IMG/VR virus record: IMGVR_UViG_3300031994_000044
Span: 32,001 to 96,000 of that record
From: a virus
Taxonomy: Duplodnaviria; Caudoviricetes
Length of the DNA: 64,000 nt
Reading direction: 5' to 3' (one strand)
Translations under genes and position numbers: made by a program
Shown here: piece after piece, positions 1 through 9,201 of the stretch
Numbering within the stretch: position 1 is the stretch's first letter
Layout of the letters: every line of letters starts with the position of its first letter
Notes under the pieces: generated by a model
Seen by the model: only the letters and a program-made list of their open reading frames with translations
What the model was told of the DNA's origin: nothing
Databases searched by the model: none

Positions 1-75
1 GCATTCAAGATGTTCTTGCTCGAATTTTTCTGCTGCTCGTACTTCTTTTTCAGACATTATAAATTCTTTTATCAT
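1..75 (-). CDS. hypothetical protein, N-terminal fragment running off the window edge
   Basis: ATG at 75 after an A-rich leader; open frame MIKEFIMSEKEVRAAEKFEQEHLEC to position 1; not in the ORF track. Confidence 0.6.
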   Translation of the reverse strand, partial: MIKEFIMSEKEVRAAEKFEQEHLEC

Positions 76-87
76 AATTTTATTCTT

Positions 88-897
88 TTATTTTTCGCAT
101 GTAATTAAAGTTAAGTAATTATCTACATCATCAAGCCTATATCTATTTATCAATCTAATATTATTAAATCCAATGCCTTTTAATTTTTTAAATGTCTCAT
201 CTTCTGATGGAATTGTTGTATTTACGCCAAAAAATACTGTGGCATTTACTTTTGGTTTAAAATTGTTCGTAAAAAGGTCAAAATAAAATATACCTCCATT
301 TTTCAACTGTTTATACACTTGTTTGTAATACTCATTTCGTTGTTTTTCAGTAATGTGTTGAAAAACATTAGTTGAATATACTAAATCAAATTGTATATTA
401 TTTAATTCATATGGGATACCGTTTTTTTGAATTTCAATAAAAGATGTATCATATCCATTAAATTTATTTTTTAAATCAGGATTTATAATCGAATTTACAT
501 AATCAATACCATAATACCTAAATCCTAAACAAGATAAATAATGAGCGGCACCTCCAAAACCAAAACCAATTTCTAAACAGGTTGGCTTATTTTTTAACAT
601 TTTTTTAATTAAATTACCAATTTGACTATGGCAACGATATTGTTCGGATTCAAATATTTTATAATCACAGTCATATTTTTTACTCCCATGAACACTGTGT
701 AATGGAAATTTTAATTTTGCATAAGTCCAAAATTTTTTCCAATTAAAATTATTTTCATTATAATCAATTATATTTTCATCAGAGAGTTCTTCAAATGCAA
801 TTGAACATGGAGGTACTTCATCTATGTTTTTAATATCATTATCACCATAAAGTGTTTTTGCTGTATCTATTATCTCTTCACAAATTTTGTTGCTCAT
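88..897 (-). CDS. class I SAM-dependent methyltransferase
   Basis: LEIGFGFG motif I, YYGIDY, FDLVYSTNVFQHI, LKNGGIFYFD. Confidence 0.85.
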   Translation of the reverse strand: MSNKICEEIIDTAKTLYGDNDIKNIDEVPPCSIAFEELSDENIIDYNENNFNWKKFWTYAKLKFPLHSVHGSKKYDCDYKIFESEQYRCHSQIGNLIKKMLKNKPTCLEIGFGFGGAAHYLSCLGFRYYGIDYVNSIINPDLKNKFNGYDTSFIEIQKNGIPYELNNIQFDLVYSTNVFQHITEKQRNEYYKQVYKQLKNGGIFYFDLFTNNFKPKVNATVFFGVNTTIPSEDETFKKLKGIGFNNIRLINRYRLDDVDNYLTLITCEK

Positions 898-909
898 AAT
901 AATTTTATT

Positions 910-1767
910 TTAATAGTTTATTAATTCTTCTTCATCTTTTTCCAAATCAGAAATGTCATTTATTTTAAATTTATAAAAACCGCCCTCAGGATTTGGTACA
1001 TTAACATATTTGTATGAAACATCTAATTTATCATCAACATCCAAATCCCAAATTACAAAACCATGTCCTGTAATTGATTCACCAAAATCTTTTTGGTTTA
1101 TACTTGAGCAATAGACAATTTTTACATCATTTTTGTTTAATTCTTGCCTCTTATGAATATGCCCGGCCATAACAAAATCACAGCCGTCAAACATATCTTG
1201 TGAAACACCTGTTTCGGAAACAAAATTAGTTACTGTTATTGCCCCGTTAATTTCGCCATGAATGAGTCCAACATAAAAGTTGTCCTTTTTATCGGTTTCT
1301 TTATAAAGTGCTTTGTGTGCCTCTATATCGGGCTTATTAAAGCCATTAAACGATGAATATAAACACCATGACACATTATCATCGTCATAAATGCCCGATT
1401 GGTAATTAAGTTCTTTATCCAGAAAGACCACTTGATTGTATGTTCCAATCTTAAACAATGGGGTTAATGAATCTATTCGGTCAGTATTATTCATTAAAAA
1501 ATCATGGTTTCCTGCAATTACAATTGTTTTGCATATTTTGTCCAATTCTGAAAAAAACCAATTGGCACAAAGTATAGACTCATTGGAAATATTAATCTTG
1601 GAATGAAAAATATCCCCTAAAACAACAATACGCACTTGTTCAGGTCCTTCTTCTTTAGCAATTTTCTTGCATTGGTCAATGAATCTTGTTAGAACTTCTT
1701 TAAGTTCATCAATTCCTTTTAGCGCCGGTATATGAATATCTGCGCAAGCTATTATTTTTGTTATCAT
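910..1767 (-). CDS. sbcD: SbcD/Mre11 (gp47-like) metallophosphoesterase nuclease subunit
   Basis: ADIH, GDIFH, AGNHD, GHIH motifs; SINQKDFGE. Confidence 0.88.
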   Translation of the reverse strand: MITKIIACADIHIPALKGIDELKEVLTRFIDQCKKIAKEEGPEQVRIVVLGDIFHSKINISNESILCANWFFSELDKICKTIVIAGNHDFLMNNTDRIDSLTPLFKIGTYNQVVFLDKELNYQSGIYDDDNVSWCLYSSFNGFNKPDIEAHKALYKETDKKDNFYVGLIHGEINGAITVTNFVSETGVSQDMFDGCDFVMAGHIHKRQELNKNDVKIVYCSSINQKDFGESITGHGFVIWDLDVDDKLDVSYKYVNVPNPEGGFYKFKINDISDLEKDEEELINY

Positions 1768-2767
1768 AAATCCCTGTTATTTCTATTGTATTAAATTGTT
1801 TAGCCGATTTCATGGCCTTTATTATTCCTTCTTTTCCACATTCTTCGTATATTTCACCGAAATCCTTCCATGGCAAGTCTTCTTCACCAAGCCTTATATA
1901 CTTTATACGGCCAGTTAACTCACCTGTATTCAATAATGAGTAAATTCTTTTTGTATCACTTATATTTGTGTCACCGTCAAGGCATATTATTATATTGGCA
2001 TTTGCTCGTTCCACCAATTTATTATAAAGTTCCATCTTTTCAGTGAGATATTTGCCCATTAAAGAAATACAATTTGGAAAATATATACAATCAATGGCAC
2101 CTTCGACGAGATATATGTCACAATCCCATTGGATTTTGTCTTCATGGAGAATTATTTGACTTTTATCTGCGTCACAGTTTTTATATTTAACTCTTTTATC
2201 ATTATCTCTGAATGTACGCCCAATAAAATAATTTAAATCGCCTGTTGAATCATACGATGGAAAAATAATTCTATTTCGCCATGAAAATTCTTCACCGTCC
2301 CATCCTGTAACACCAATATTATAAAAGTCAATTATGTCTTGCGTTATTTTTCTTTTTTCAAGATATGCCTTTAAAACCTTATTTGTAGTCGTATTTAAGT
2401 CAATTTTTTTAAATGTTTTGGGTAATTTTAGATAGTTTTCACTAAAAAATTCACTATTATCTTTAAAAAGGTCAAGATTGTAATACTTGCTCTCTTTAAT
2501 GTCTTTTATTATCCTGAAATATTCATTATATACCTCTTTACCGCCAAGCCTTTTGACCAATGAGGATAAATTTCCGGCAATTCCACAGGACCAACAATGA
2601 TATTTACCCATGGAAAATGAAATTTCCAAATTATATTTGTTATCAACATAACCCTTCTCTTCAGCACAACTCGGACAGTTGAACTGATATTGCGATACAG
2701 TGCTGTCATAAGAGCCTTGTTTGCTTTCACCAAGTAAATTTGTTATTATGCCGTATATTCGTTGCAT
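1709..2767 (-). CDS. dnaG: DNA primase (zinc-binding domain + TOPRIM)
   Basis: CPSC and HCWSC zinc ligands; RIIFP; LVEGAIDC and CLDGD TOPRIM motifs; start moved to ATG 2767. Confidence 0.9.
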   Translation of the reverse strand: MQRIYGIITNLLGESKQGSYDSTVSQYQFNCPSCAEEKGYVDNKYNLEISFSMGKYHCWSCGIAGNLSSLVKRLGGKEVYNEYFRIIKDIKESKYYNLDLFKDNSEFFSENYLKLPKTFKKIDLNTTTNKVLKAYLEKRKITQDIIDFYNIGVTGWDGEEFSWRNRIIFPSYDSTGDLNYFIGRTFRDNDKRVKYKNCDADKSQIILHEDKIQWDCDIYLVEGAIDCIYFPNCISLMGKYLTEKMELYNKLVERANANIIICLDGDTNISDTKRIYSLLNTGELTGRIKYIRLGEEDLPWKDFGEIYEECGKEGIIKAMKSAKQFNTIEITGIYDNKNNSLRRYSYTGAKRN

Positions 2768-2822
2768 TGATAATTTTTTATTTAAATTTACAAAAATTTT
2801 ATTAAAAAACAAATTTAACATT

Positions 2823-2852
2823 AAAAAAGGTGGCGAAAAATCGTCACCCTTT
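2823..2852 (-). terminator. intrinsic terminator, family A (GGGTGACGATTTTTCGCCACC + U tract)
   Basis: GC stem with T-run; near-identical to 19399-19428 and related to 17797-17830. Confidence 0.8.
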
Positions 2853-2873
2853 ATTTTTCATTATCATTATTTA

Positions 2874-3362
2874 TTAAGGCCATTCACCGCAATCAACTTC
2901 ATCATATGTGATTAGTTTTCCACCTCTGCCTGGTTCGTCTAAATAAACATAACATTTAAGACCTTTTTCTTTTATTCTAACGCCTCCTTTTTTCCAATCA
3001 TACTTAATAATTTCCGGAATGAGCGCCGGTTCACCTTCATCGGTCTTTATTGGTTGATATTCATATATTTCATATCCGGTTGCATCGGTGCCGACCAAAT
3101 ATCTATCATAAGGCTTGATATTATCTAAAGGTTCTGTTTCACGAATACCAATAACAGTATATACGCCATCACAATTATCATATACCTGATTATCGCCCAC
3201 ATAATGAGTATATGTTACTGCACTATTAGTTTGTCCGCTATTAATGGTGTCAATAACAATATATTCTGTCCATGGGTCGAGAACATTTTTTTCTCTTAAA
3301 TAGTTATAAGATTCTCTACTGCCTTTCCAATGTCTGATTAAATGTTTTTCGTTGTTTGACAT
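2874..3362 (-). CDS. putative virion fibre/adaptor protein ending in DCGEW
   Basis: N-terminal WKGSRESYNYL...TEYIVID resembles a phage fibre module; C-terminal VDCGEWP shared with 19455-20717. Confidence 0.5.
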   Translation of the reverse strand: MSNNEKHLIRHWKGSRESYNYLREKNVLDPWTEYIVIDTINSGQTNSAVTYTHYVGDNQVYDNCDGVYTVIGIRETEPLDNIKPYDRYLVGTDATGYEIYEYQPIKTDEGEPALIPEIIKYDWKKGGVRIKEKGLKCYVYLDEPGRGGKLITYDEVDCGEWP

Positions 3363-3395
3363 TATATTATATTATATTATATTTAAAAATTATTC

Positions 3396-3818
3396 TCACT
3401 CTTCTTCATCGCCATCTATCCAATATAAACTATCATCAGAAATGACTAATTCTTCCCATTCACCATTGGTGAACTTATATGTTTTGCCGTCTTTGGTTGT
3501 AGTCATGAAACCATCATCAATTAAATAATGTTTTTCTTGTGTTTGTGTATTGGTAGAAGTACACACCTCTTTCAATTCATCCAAATCTTCTTTGTCATTA
3601 AATGAAGGAATATTTTTTAATCTCCAATTTGATTTAGCCGTTCCATTTATAAGCCAAAAATCGCCTGATTGGTTATTATATAGATTCAATACAGTAACCG
3701 TTAATCCTTTAAATCTTTCTGCGGTTGCTATATTCAACAAATCGTCTTTAGTATTAACTGTTATTTTTTTATCTACATAACCTTCTCTATATTTTAATTG
3801 TTCAACAATATTTCCCAT
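3396..3818 (-). CDS. hypothetical, probably virion-associated protein
   Basis: 140 aa ORF in the operon behind the CTATTTAT motif at 4521. Confidence 0.5.
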   Translation of the reverse strand: MGNIVEQLKYREGYVDKKITVNTKDDLLNIATAERFKGLTVTVLNLYNNQSGDFWLINGTAKSNWRLKNIPSFNDKEDLDELKEVCTSTNTQTQEKHYLIDDGFMTTTKDGKTYKFTNGEWEELVISDDSLYWIDGDEEE

Positions 3819-3833
3819 TGTGATATATTTTTA

Positions 3834-4493
3834 TTATTTTTTTATCATTTTAAATGTAAGTGTAAAATCATCATCATCTACCACATCAGAATCATAAAAT
3901 CTATATTTACCTTCATTCTTATCAAAGAATGATACTGCATATGTTTTTCCGCTAATTATGGTTGTTCCACTGGTATTAAGGCTAAAGGGCGTAAAACCAT
4001 CAAAAAGCTGTGTTGTATAATTATCAGATATTTCTTGCGGAATGTAGGCTTTAAATGTATAATGCCCGGCTGTTTCTATATATTCTTCTGTCCAAGTGTT
4101 AAAATCTGCTTCGCTAATTTCTACATTATCAAATAGTGCCGCTTCTTCTTGCCATTCAGGTGAAATTTTTGTTTTAAAATCAAAGGCATAACCATCTTCA
4201 TCTGTTACATCTTCAAGTGAAACTTCATTTAGGCTTTCTGCTTCATCAATTCTATTAAATGAATAATATACCACAGTATCCCCTGACGGTGTTGGTCCTG
4301 GAGGCGTTGGTGTATCACCGCTAATAGCGATAACTGTCATTGGTTTCATATAATCTTCAATAGGTAAATCACACAAATCGAGTACTTTACCGCACCAATG
4401 ATACATGGTTTCTATTCTATTATCTTCTTCAAGGGTGAGACCACTTTCAGGTCTTATTGCCATTTCCCTTGGGTCATTTATATAATCTAACAT
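3834..4493 (-). CDS. hypothetical two-domain protein with Pro/Thr linker
   Basis: SGDTPTPPGPTPSGDT linker; first gene after the CTATTTAT motif. Confidence 0.55.
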   Translation of the reverse strand: MLDYINDPREMAIRPESGLTLEEDNRIETMYHWCGKVLDLCDLPIEDYMKPMTVIAISGDTPTPPGPTPSGDTVVYYSFNRIDEAESLNEVSLEDVTDEDGYAFDFKTKISPEWQEEAALFDNVEISEADFNTWTEEYIETAGHYTFKAYIPQEISDNYTTQLFDGFTPFSLNTSGTTIISGKTYAVSFFDKNEGKYRFYDSDVVDDDDFTLTFKMIKK

Positions 4494-4520
4494 GAGTCCG
4501 TTTTAACATTATTATTTTCC

Positions 4521-4528
4521 ATAAATAG
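4521..4528 (-). promoter_or_regulatory. putative late promoter CTATTTAT
   Basis: same 8-mer on the coding strand in ten intergenic regions, mostly before structural genes. Confidence 0.65.
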
Positions 4529-4540
4529 TCGCTAAAAATA

Positions 4541-4571
4541 AAAAAAAAACATACATTTCCATGTATGTTTT
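4541..4571 (-). terminator. intrinsic terminator
   Basis: AAAACATACAT-TTCC-ATGTATGTTTT inverted repeat with long T tract on the minus strand. Confidence 0.7.
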
Positions 4572-4597
4572 GAATAATTGTTTTTCATAAGTTTTTT

Positions 4598-4846
4598 TTA
4601 AGAAAATGAAAATAAATTTTTAATTTTTTCAAAAAATGTTTGTGATTTTTCTTCTTTTTCCACTGTTTTTGCTATTTCTTCTACCTTTTTTGGATTTTGT
4701 GTTTCTTTAAAGTAATTATCAATTTCGGGGCCATATTTTTCCGTTAATTTTTCTTTAAACTCTTTCTTCACAGATTCCATTTCTATTTCAAAAGCCTTTG
4801 AATCAGCTTTTAATTCATTTAATTCTTTATTACTTAGATAATCCAT
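4598..4846 (-). CDS. hypothetical protein
   Basis: 82 aa ORF coupled to the upstream gene. Confidence 0.65.
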   Translation of the reverse strand: MDYLSNKELNELKADSKAFEIEMESVKKEFKEKLTEKYGPEIDNYFKETQNPKKVEEIAKTVEKEEKSQTFFEKIKNLFSFS

Positions 4847-5250
4847 TAGTGCACTTCGATTTCATCTTCATTTGTTATTTGTTCTTGCTGACCGCCGCCT
4901 AAATTTTCAAAAAAACTTTCAATATTATGTATAAACCATACAATGCCTGAAGTAAAACAGCAATCCAATATCAATGCAAGCCACCATAAATTAGTTCCAA
5001 TAAGAAAGATATTGAATGGTGTGAAAGCGACAGATTCAACTAAAAACCAATCAATTAAACTTAAAATCCACCCTAAATTAGCAGGGAAACACATCATACA
5101 ACTAAATAACAATCCAAAATGTTCGGATATTTTATTTGACAAATTCCTGATGTGTTCAAAAATTTTAAAAGGACCGCTACCGAACACCATCATATTGGAT
5201 AATCCATATGCTGCCACACAGTACAAAAATATAATTAAAGAATTACTCAT
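4846..5250 (-). CDS. membrane protein with CxxC (DUF1360-like)
   Basis: three hydrophobic segments; GPFKIFEHIR...LFSCMMC. Confidence 0.6.
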   Translation of the reverse strand: MSNSLIIFLYCVAAYGLSNMMVFGSGPFKIFEHIRNLSNKISEHFGLLFSCMMCFPANLGWILSLIDWFLVESVAFTPFNIFLIGTNLWWLALILDCCFTSGIVWFIHNIESFFENLGGGQQEQITNEDEIEVH

Positions 5251-5704
5251 CTATCGTGCTTTTATCTTCTTTATTTTTTTCTTCTTTTTTTCCTTTTGAT
5301 GTTATCACTTGATTTATTATATCCGATTTTTTTTTATCATATGAAAAAGTCAAAGTTCTTAATTCTTCAATCGAAACCTCTTCATTTCTAAAAAGGGTTT
5401 GCAATTCTGTTACTTTTTTAGTTAAGAGCTGTGCACGTTCTATTGCTTCTTTCATCTTTTCGATATTATAATCAATAGCATCAAATATTTTTTCTTCACC
5501 TATTTCGATATCAGCACAAAAATAATACTCATTACCATTCTTGGCAATTGTTATATCATATTTTTTTTCTAAATCATCATCAATAACCCATCCATTGGGA
5601 AATGAAACAATCACATAAACAACTTGTGTGCCATCTTCAGTATTGGTGACTTGCATTCCCTTAAAATATTGGGATATTTTCTTAATTCGGTCTTTAATAT
5701 TCAT
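5243..5704 (-). CDS. hypothetical protein
   Basis: start moved to ATG 5704; promoter-like sequence immediately upstream. Confidence 0.65.
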   Translation of the reverse strand: MNIKDRIKKISQYFKGMQVTNTEDGTQVVYVIVSFPNGWVIDDDLEKKYDITIAKNGNEYYFCADIEIGEEKIFDAIDYNIEKMKEAIERAQLLTKKVTELQTLFRNEEVSIEELRTLTFSYDKKKSDIINQVITSKGKKEEKNKEDKSTIDE

Positions 5705-5753
5705 ATTAAAATAAAATTTACATAAATTTAATTCAAAAAACAATAAAATCAAT

Positions 5754-5779
5754 AAAAAAAGCCGCTTTATTGCGGCTTT
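5754..5779 (-). terminator. intrinsic terminator
   Basis: AAAGCCGC-TTTATT-GCGGCTTT with A tract on the plus side. Confidence 0.8.
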
Positions 5780-5809
5780 GTTGTATTTTTATATCTTTCT
5801 TTTACTGCT

Positions 5810-6502
5810 TTATTCATTATTAAATAAACCCGCCAATACTGAATTATACTTTATCATTATTTTTTGTATTTCCTCACGGCTTGGTATTTGGTCTCTTGAT
5901 GTATAGACAGCGCCGATAACGCCTGAAGGATTATAAGTGCCATACATCATAATAGCGGCCATATATTCAACATCTTCATTCTTTAACCTATAATAAAGTT
6001 CGGGGTCTAAAGTTTCCAAATAGTTAATCGATTCTGCATAAAAGGTTTTTTGGTATAATTCAGTTGCCCATGGATATCTTGATAATCTGACATTTTTATA
6101 TTCACTTTCAAGCCATTGATATGCACTTTTGGGCTCTGCATAGGTTAAATCAACATATAAGAACGGCAAGCCAGCTAAATTACTGCCGCCATTATGCGTT
6201 TCAAGGATATAAACTCTATCGGCTTTTAATTCGCTTTTAAGTTTAACCAAATTTTCTCTAATTGCAGGCTCGTTATTCATACGTTTCATTACTGATTCAG
6301 TATGACGTTCATTTACTATTTTTTCGAATTTTTCAACAAGACCTTCAGGATTAAAGACAAATTCACCTATGACAGATACGACAAAAATCATCATAAGTGT
6401 AATCAAAAGGTTTTGAATACCGATTTTTTTAATGAATCCAAACACTTTTTCAGCCCATGTTAACGTGGTGTTAACTTGTTCAATTTTTTTCTCGTTTTCC
6501 AT
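5810..6502 (-). CDS. single-pass membrane protein with GAF-like domain, possible T4 gpt-like holin
   Basis: one N-proximal hydrophobic helix then LKADRVYILETHNGG alpha/beta domain. Confidence 0.45.
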   Translation of the reverse strand: MENEKKIEQVNTTLTWAEKVFGFIKKIGIQNLLITLMMIFVVSVIGEFVFNPEGLVEKFEKIVNERHTESVMKRMNNEPAIRENLVKLKSELKADRVYILETHNGGSNLAGLPFLYVDLTYAEPKSAYQWLESEYKNVRLSRYPWATELYQKTFYAESINYLETLDPELYYRLKNEDVEYMAAIMMYGTYNPSGVIGAVYTSRDQIPSREEIQKIMIKYNSVLAGLFNNE

Positions 6503-6517
6503 TTTTTTGATTTAACC

Positions 6518-7405
6518 TTATTTTATTATTTTTCTTGCATTTGCCAAGGTTAAATTAAAGTTTTCGCTTTCATTTAGTCTTGAGTCCAATGTTGTTTTTG
6601 AATCTGATGAAGTATAGTTATATAACTTTTTCATTTCTTCAATTGATTCGTTAAAACCTTGTTTATTGGTGTGGCCAATAATATTACCTTTGTTGTTTCT
6701 CCATTCTACAAGGTATTCATTTCCTGTTTTATCTTTCATTTTGAAAGTATTACCTTCATTCTTAAATTCGTCAGGAATACGCGAAAACATATGTTCTTCA
6801 GTCAAAAAAGCAGTCTTTTTAAAATAAACTGTCTTAACATTTTTGGTTTCATTTATTGGTGTTTGATTTTTTTCAAAATTTGCCAATCTGTCAATCATCT
6901 GCCTCATATCATAACCTGATTTGCTTTCATACATCTCATTCTCGCTATAAGGCTTAGGGTTTTCGTCTCTTACTTGAACCTTTGTGAATTTATATTCGTC
7001 TTCAGCCTTGTGAATTTTTTTACCAGAGTCTTTAATGCCATCGTAAATGTTTTCATTATTTGAAAAATCACCCGTTTTTTCAATGCCATTGTTCATTTCC
7101 TGTTCTGATGTATAGCCTTTTACTTGGGCTTTTACTCTTTTTTTGTAATCGTCATTTACATTTTCAGGTGTGTAGTCCAAAGTGGTTTTATTAGCGTCAT
7201 TTTTTTCAAATTTCACTCTTTTGCCACCAATTTCATCTTCAAGGCCTCCATCATAATCTTTGGCTCTTTTTTTAGCCTCACTGTAAGCCTTGCCGTTGAT
7301 TGACTTATTATCCTTTTCAACATTCGGTCCTAAAACAGCCTTAAACTCATTTGAACTTTCAGATATAAGTCTTTTTAACGCTTTAACAGTAATTGTCTTT
7401 TCCAT
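6518..7405 (-). CDS. putative head-associated protein
   Basis: TITVKALKRLISE leader; INE/FNE/LNE sites; SIEEMKKLYNY motif; in a CTATTTAT operon. Confidence 0.5.
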   Translation of the reverse strand: MEKTITVKALKRLISESSNEFKAVLGPNVEKDNKSINGKAYSEAKKRAKDYDGGLEDEIGGKRVKFEKNDANKTTLDYTPENVNDDYKKRVKAQVKGYTSEQEMNNGIEKTGDFSNNENIYDGIKDSGKKIHKAEDEYKFTKVQVRDENPKPYSENEMYESKSGYDMRQMIDRLANFEKNQTPINETKNVKTVYFKKTAFLTEEHMFSRIPDEFKNEGNTFKMKDKTGNEYLVEWRNNKGNIIGHTNKQGFNESIEEMKKLYNYTSSDSKTTLDSRLNESENFNLTLANARKIIK

Positions 7406-7434
7406 TTTATATCTTTTTATTATATGTTATTAAT

Positions 7435-7559
7435 GTCAACTACCCACGAATAAATTCGTAAGCTTGAGCAAAAGCATTAAGCCTTTGACAAGGCGTGTTG
7501 ACCAACACTCTTATATCATCTGTGGTTATAACCACATTTGACTTACTTTTGCATATTTT
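7435..7559 (-). ncRNA. orphan IS200/IS605 right-end (TnpB omega-RNA-like) structured element
   Basis: ends CAAGCTTACGAATTTATTCGTGGGTAGTTGAC; several hairpins; G-U pairs only on the minus strand; loop GTCA complementary to terminal TGAC. Confidence 0.6.
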
Positions 7560-7760
7560 CTAATATGGATAAAATCCACCTCTTATTTGCCCTATAAAAC
7601 CAGCGTTGAGATTAAAACCTAAACACATTTGCTGCATTAAAAGTTTTTCTCTTTCTTCTGGATTTTTTTCTTTTTTTAATTTTTCATTTACATTTTTAAT
7701 TTCATTCAATACTTTTGAATCAAATCCGTTGTTAAATCTATCGGGATATGTATACATCAC
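7560..7760 (-). CDS. small hypothetical protein
   Basis: 66 aa ORF overlapping the upstream stop; TAG stop. Confidence 0.55.
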   Translation of the reverse strand: MMYTYPDRFNNGFDSKVLNEIKNVNEKLKKEKNPEEREKLLMQQMCLGFNLNAGFIGQIRGGFYPY

Positions 7761-8857
7761 TCTTTTTCTCCATTAAAACTTTTTTTCATGATATCTTTAT
7801 GGTCCATTGCTTCACCATAAAAATCGTCATCGCCTTGCAATGGTACATCATATTGATAATTTCCAGCACTACTTGTTGCAGTTGCTTCTTTTATGTAATC
7901 AATTTGTTCTTGTGTTAAATATAAACTTTTTCTCTTTATTGGTTTACCAAATAAAGGTGTTGTATATTGTCCACTACTTTGCGCATTTGTAGCACCCGCA
8001 ACGCCATCCATTGCTCCACCACCAATGGCACCACCTTCTCCGTCTTCATTTATCGCCCTGAATTTATCTTTTTGTCCATAGGTATCAGCCCCATTATTGA
8101 ATTTCATCGGTTCATTACTTGTGCCGTTCATAATATCTTTTTGATATTTAAGTAATGATACTTCTTTAAATATCTTTTTTATACTTGATTTAATCTTTTT
8201 GGGCTCATCCCACACAGAAGTAAAATTTTCATTAGTATATAGCATATTTAATGCATTTTCGACTAAATTTATTGCATACGTGTAATTGTCAGTTAGTTGG
8301 ATTTCATCATCTTTATATTTTTTTAAAAAATCAACTAAAACCCCTACATGTGCCCATAAATTATCAGCGTCCATATTTCCGTTGCCATACAATAAATTTG
8401 AAACTTTAGAACATAGTACATTAAGTGAAATTTTTGCAAATTCACTTTGAAAATCAAGTGCAGAATCATTATCTAGAATATCATATCCCCAAGCACCCTC
8501 TGTTAAATTTAAATTTTCATTTATTATGTTTTGTTCAAATAAATTAATATAAAGATTTCTTAATTTTTTCTTAAAGTCTTTTCTCGGTATTTTATAACTT
8601 ATTTCAAAAGTGTCTTTATTGCGTTTTCCGTTCTCGTCATAGCCATTGTCCTTGATTCTTTCTTTTCTAATCATAATGGCGCTATATTCATCATTCGGGT
8701 CAGTTCTTTTAATAAGCATTTTAACTGCCGTTGGACCATCTATGCCAAATCCATGCAAAAAATCATCTGTATCCGCTTGTAGGGGATTTCTCAATAATTG
8801 CTTCATGTAATCTTTCATATGCTCCATAAAAGCATATCTTGTCATTTCTTTGTCCAT
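7757..8857 (-). CDS. putative head-associated polyprotein with internal DUF4259-like domain
   Basis: LTE|GAWGYDILDNDSALDF; INE|DGEGG...ATNAQSSGQYTTP; IKE|ATATSSAGNYQYDVP. Confidence 0.55.
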   Translation of the reverse strand: MDKEMTRYAFMEHMKDYMKQLLRNPLQADTDDFLHGFGIDGPTAVKMLIKRTDPNDEYSAIMIRKERIKDNGYDENGKRNKDTFEISYKIPRKDFKKKLRNLYINLFEQNIINENLNLTEGAWGYDILDNDSALDFQSEFAKISLNVLCSKVSNLLYGNGNMDADNLWAHVGVLVDFLKKYKDDEIQLTDNYTYAINLVENALNMLYTNENFTSVWDEPKKIKSSIKKIFKEVSLLKYQKDIMNGTSNEPMKFNNGADTYGQKDKFRAINEDGEGGAIGGGAMDGVAGATNAQSSGQYTTPLFGKPIKRKSLYLTQEQIDYIKEATATSSAGNYQYDVPLQGDDDFYGEAMDHKDIMKKSFNGEKE

Positions 8858-8859
8858 AA

Positions 8860-9108
8860 TTATCCTCGTTTTATTTCATCTTCATAAAAATTACGGCGTT
8901 GCCATAATGTCTTAAATAATGTATTCACTGATGCAGCGACAATTGTGCGCACCTTCTTCTCCAAATCTTTCTTAACACTACTGTCATTTTTCAGCACATT
9001 TTTAACAATAGCAACAATCTCGCTATTGCTCAACCCGCTTTCCTCCAATAACTGTTCTGCTATCAGATTTCGCATCATTTGTTCGCTTATTATAACTTTT
9101 TTTGCCAT
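8860..9108 (-). CDS. small putative head protein
   Basis: KKVIISEQMMRNLIAE leader; first gene after CTATTTAT at 9131. Confidence 0.55.
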   Translation of the reverse strand: MAKKVIISEQMMRNLIAEQLLEESGLSNSEIVAIVKNVLKNDSSVKKDLEKKVRTIVAASVNTLFKTLWQRRNFYEDEIKRG

Positions 9109-9130
9109 ATTAATGCATATTTATTCACTT

Positions 9131-9138
9131 ATAAATAG
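9131..9138 (-). promoter_or_regulatory. putative late promoter CTATTTAT
   Basis: conserved 8-mer 22 nt upstream of ATG 9108. Confidence 0.65.
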
Positions 9139-9150
9139 TTAGAAAAAAAT

Positions 9151-9179
9151 AAAAAGTCGGCCTGTTTAAAACCGACTTT
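9151..9179 (-). terminator. intrinsic terminator
   Basis: AAAGTCGG...CCGACTTT inverted repeat. Confidence 0.7.
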
Positions 9180-9201
9180 AATACAATGACCACAAAAATG
9201 A

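Noticed and set aside
3361-3383. (ATTAT)n microsatellite as a phase-variable switch
   Set aside because: Only about four units in an extremely AT-rich spacer; no further support
7435-7505. Reading the element on the plus strand as an IscB/HEARO RNA 5' end
   Set aside because: It begins GTCAACTACCC like such RNAs, but the terminal stem pairs fully only on the minus strand and no IscB follows; not fully excluded
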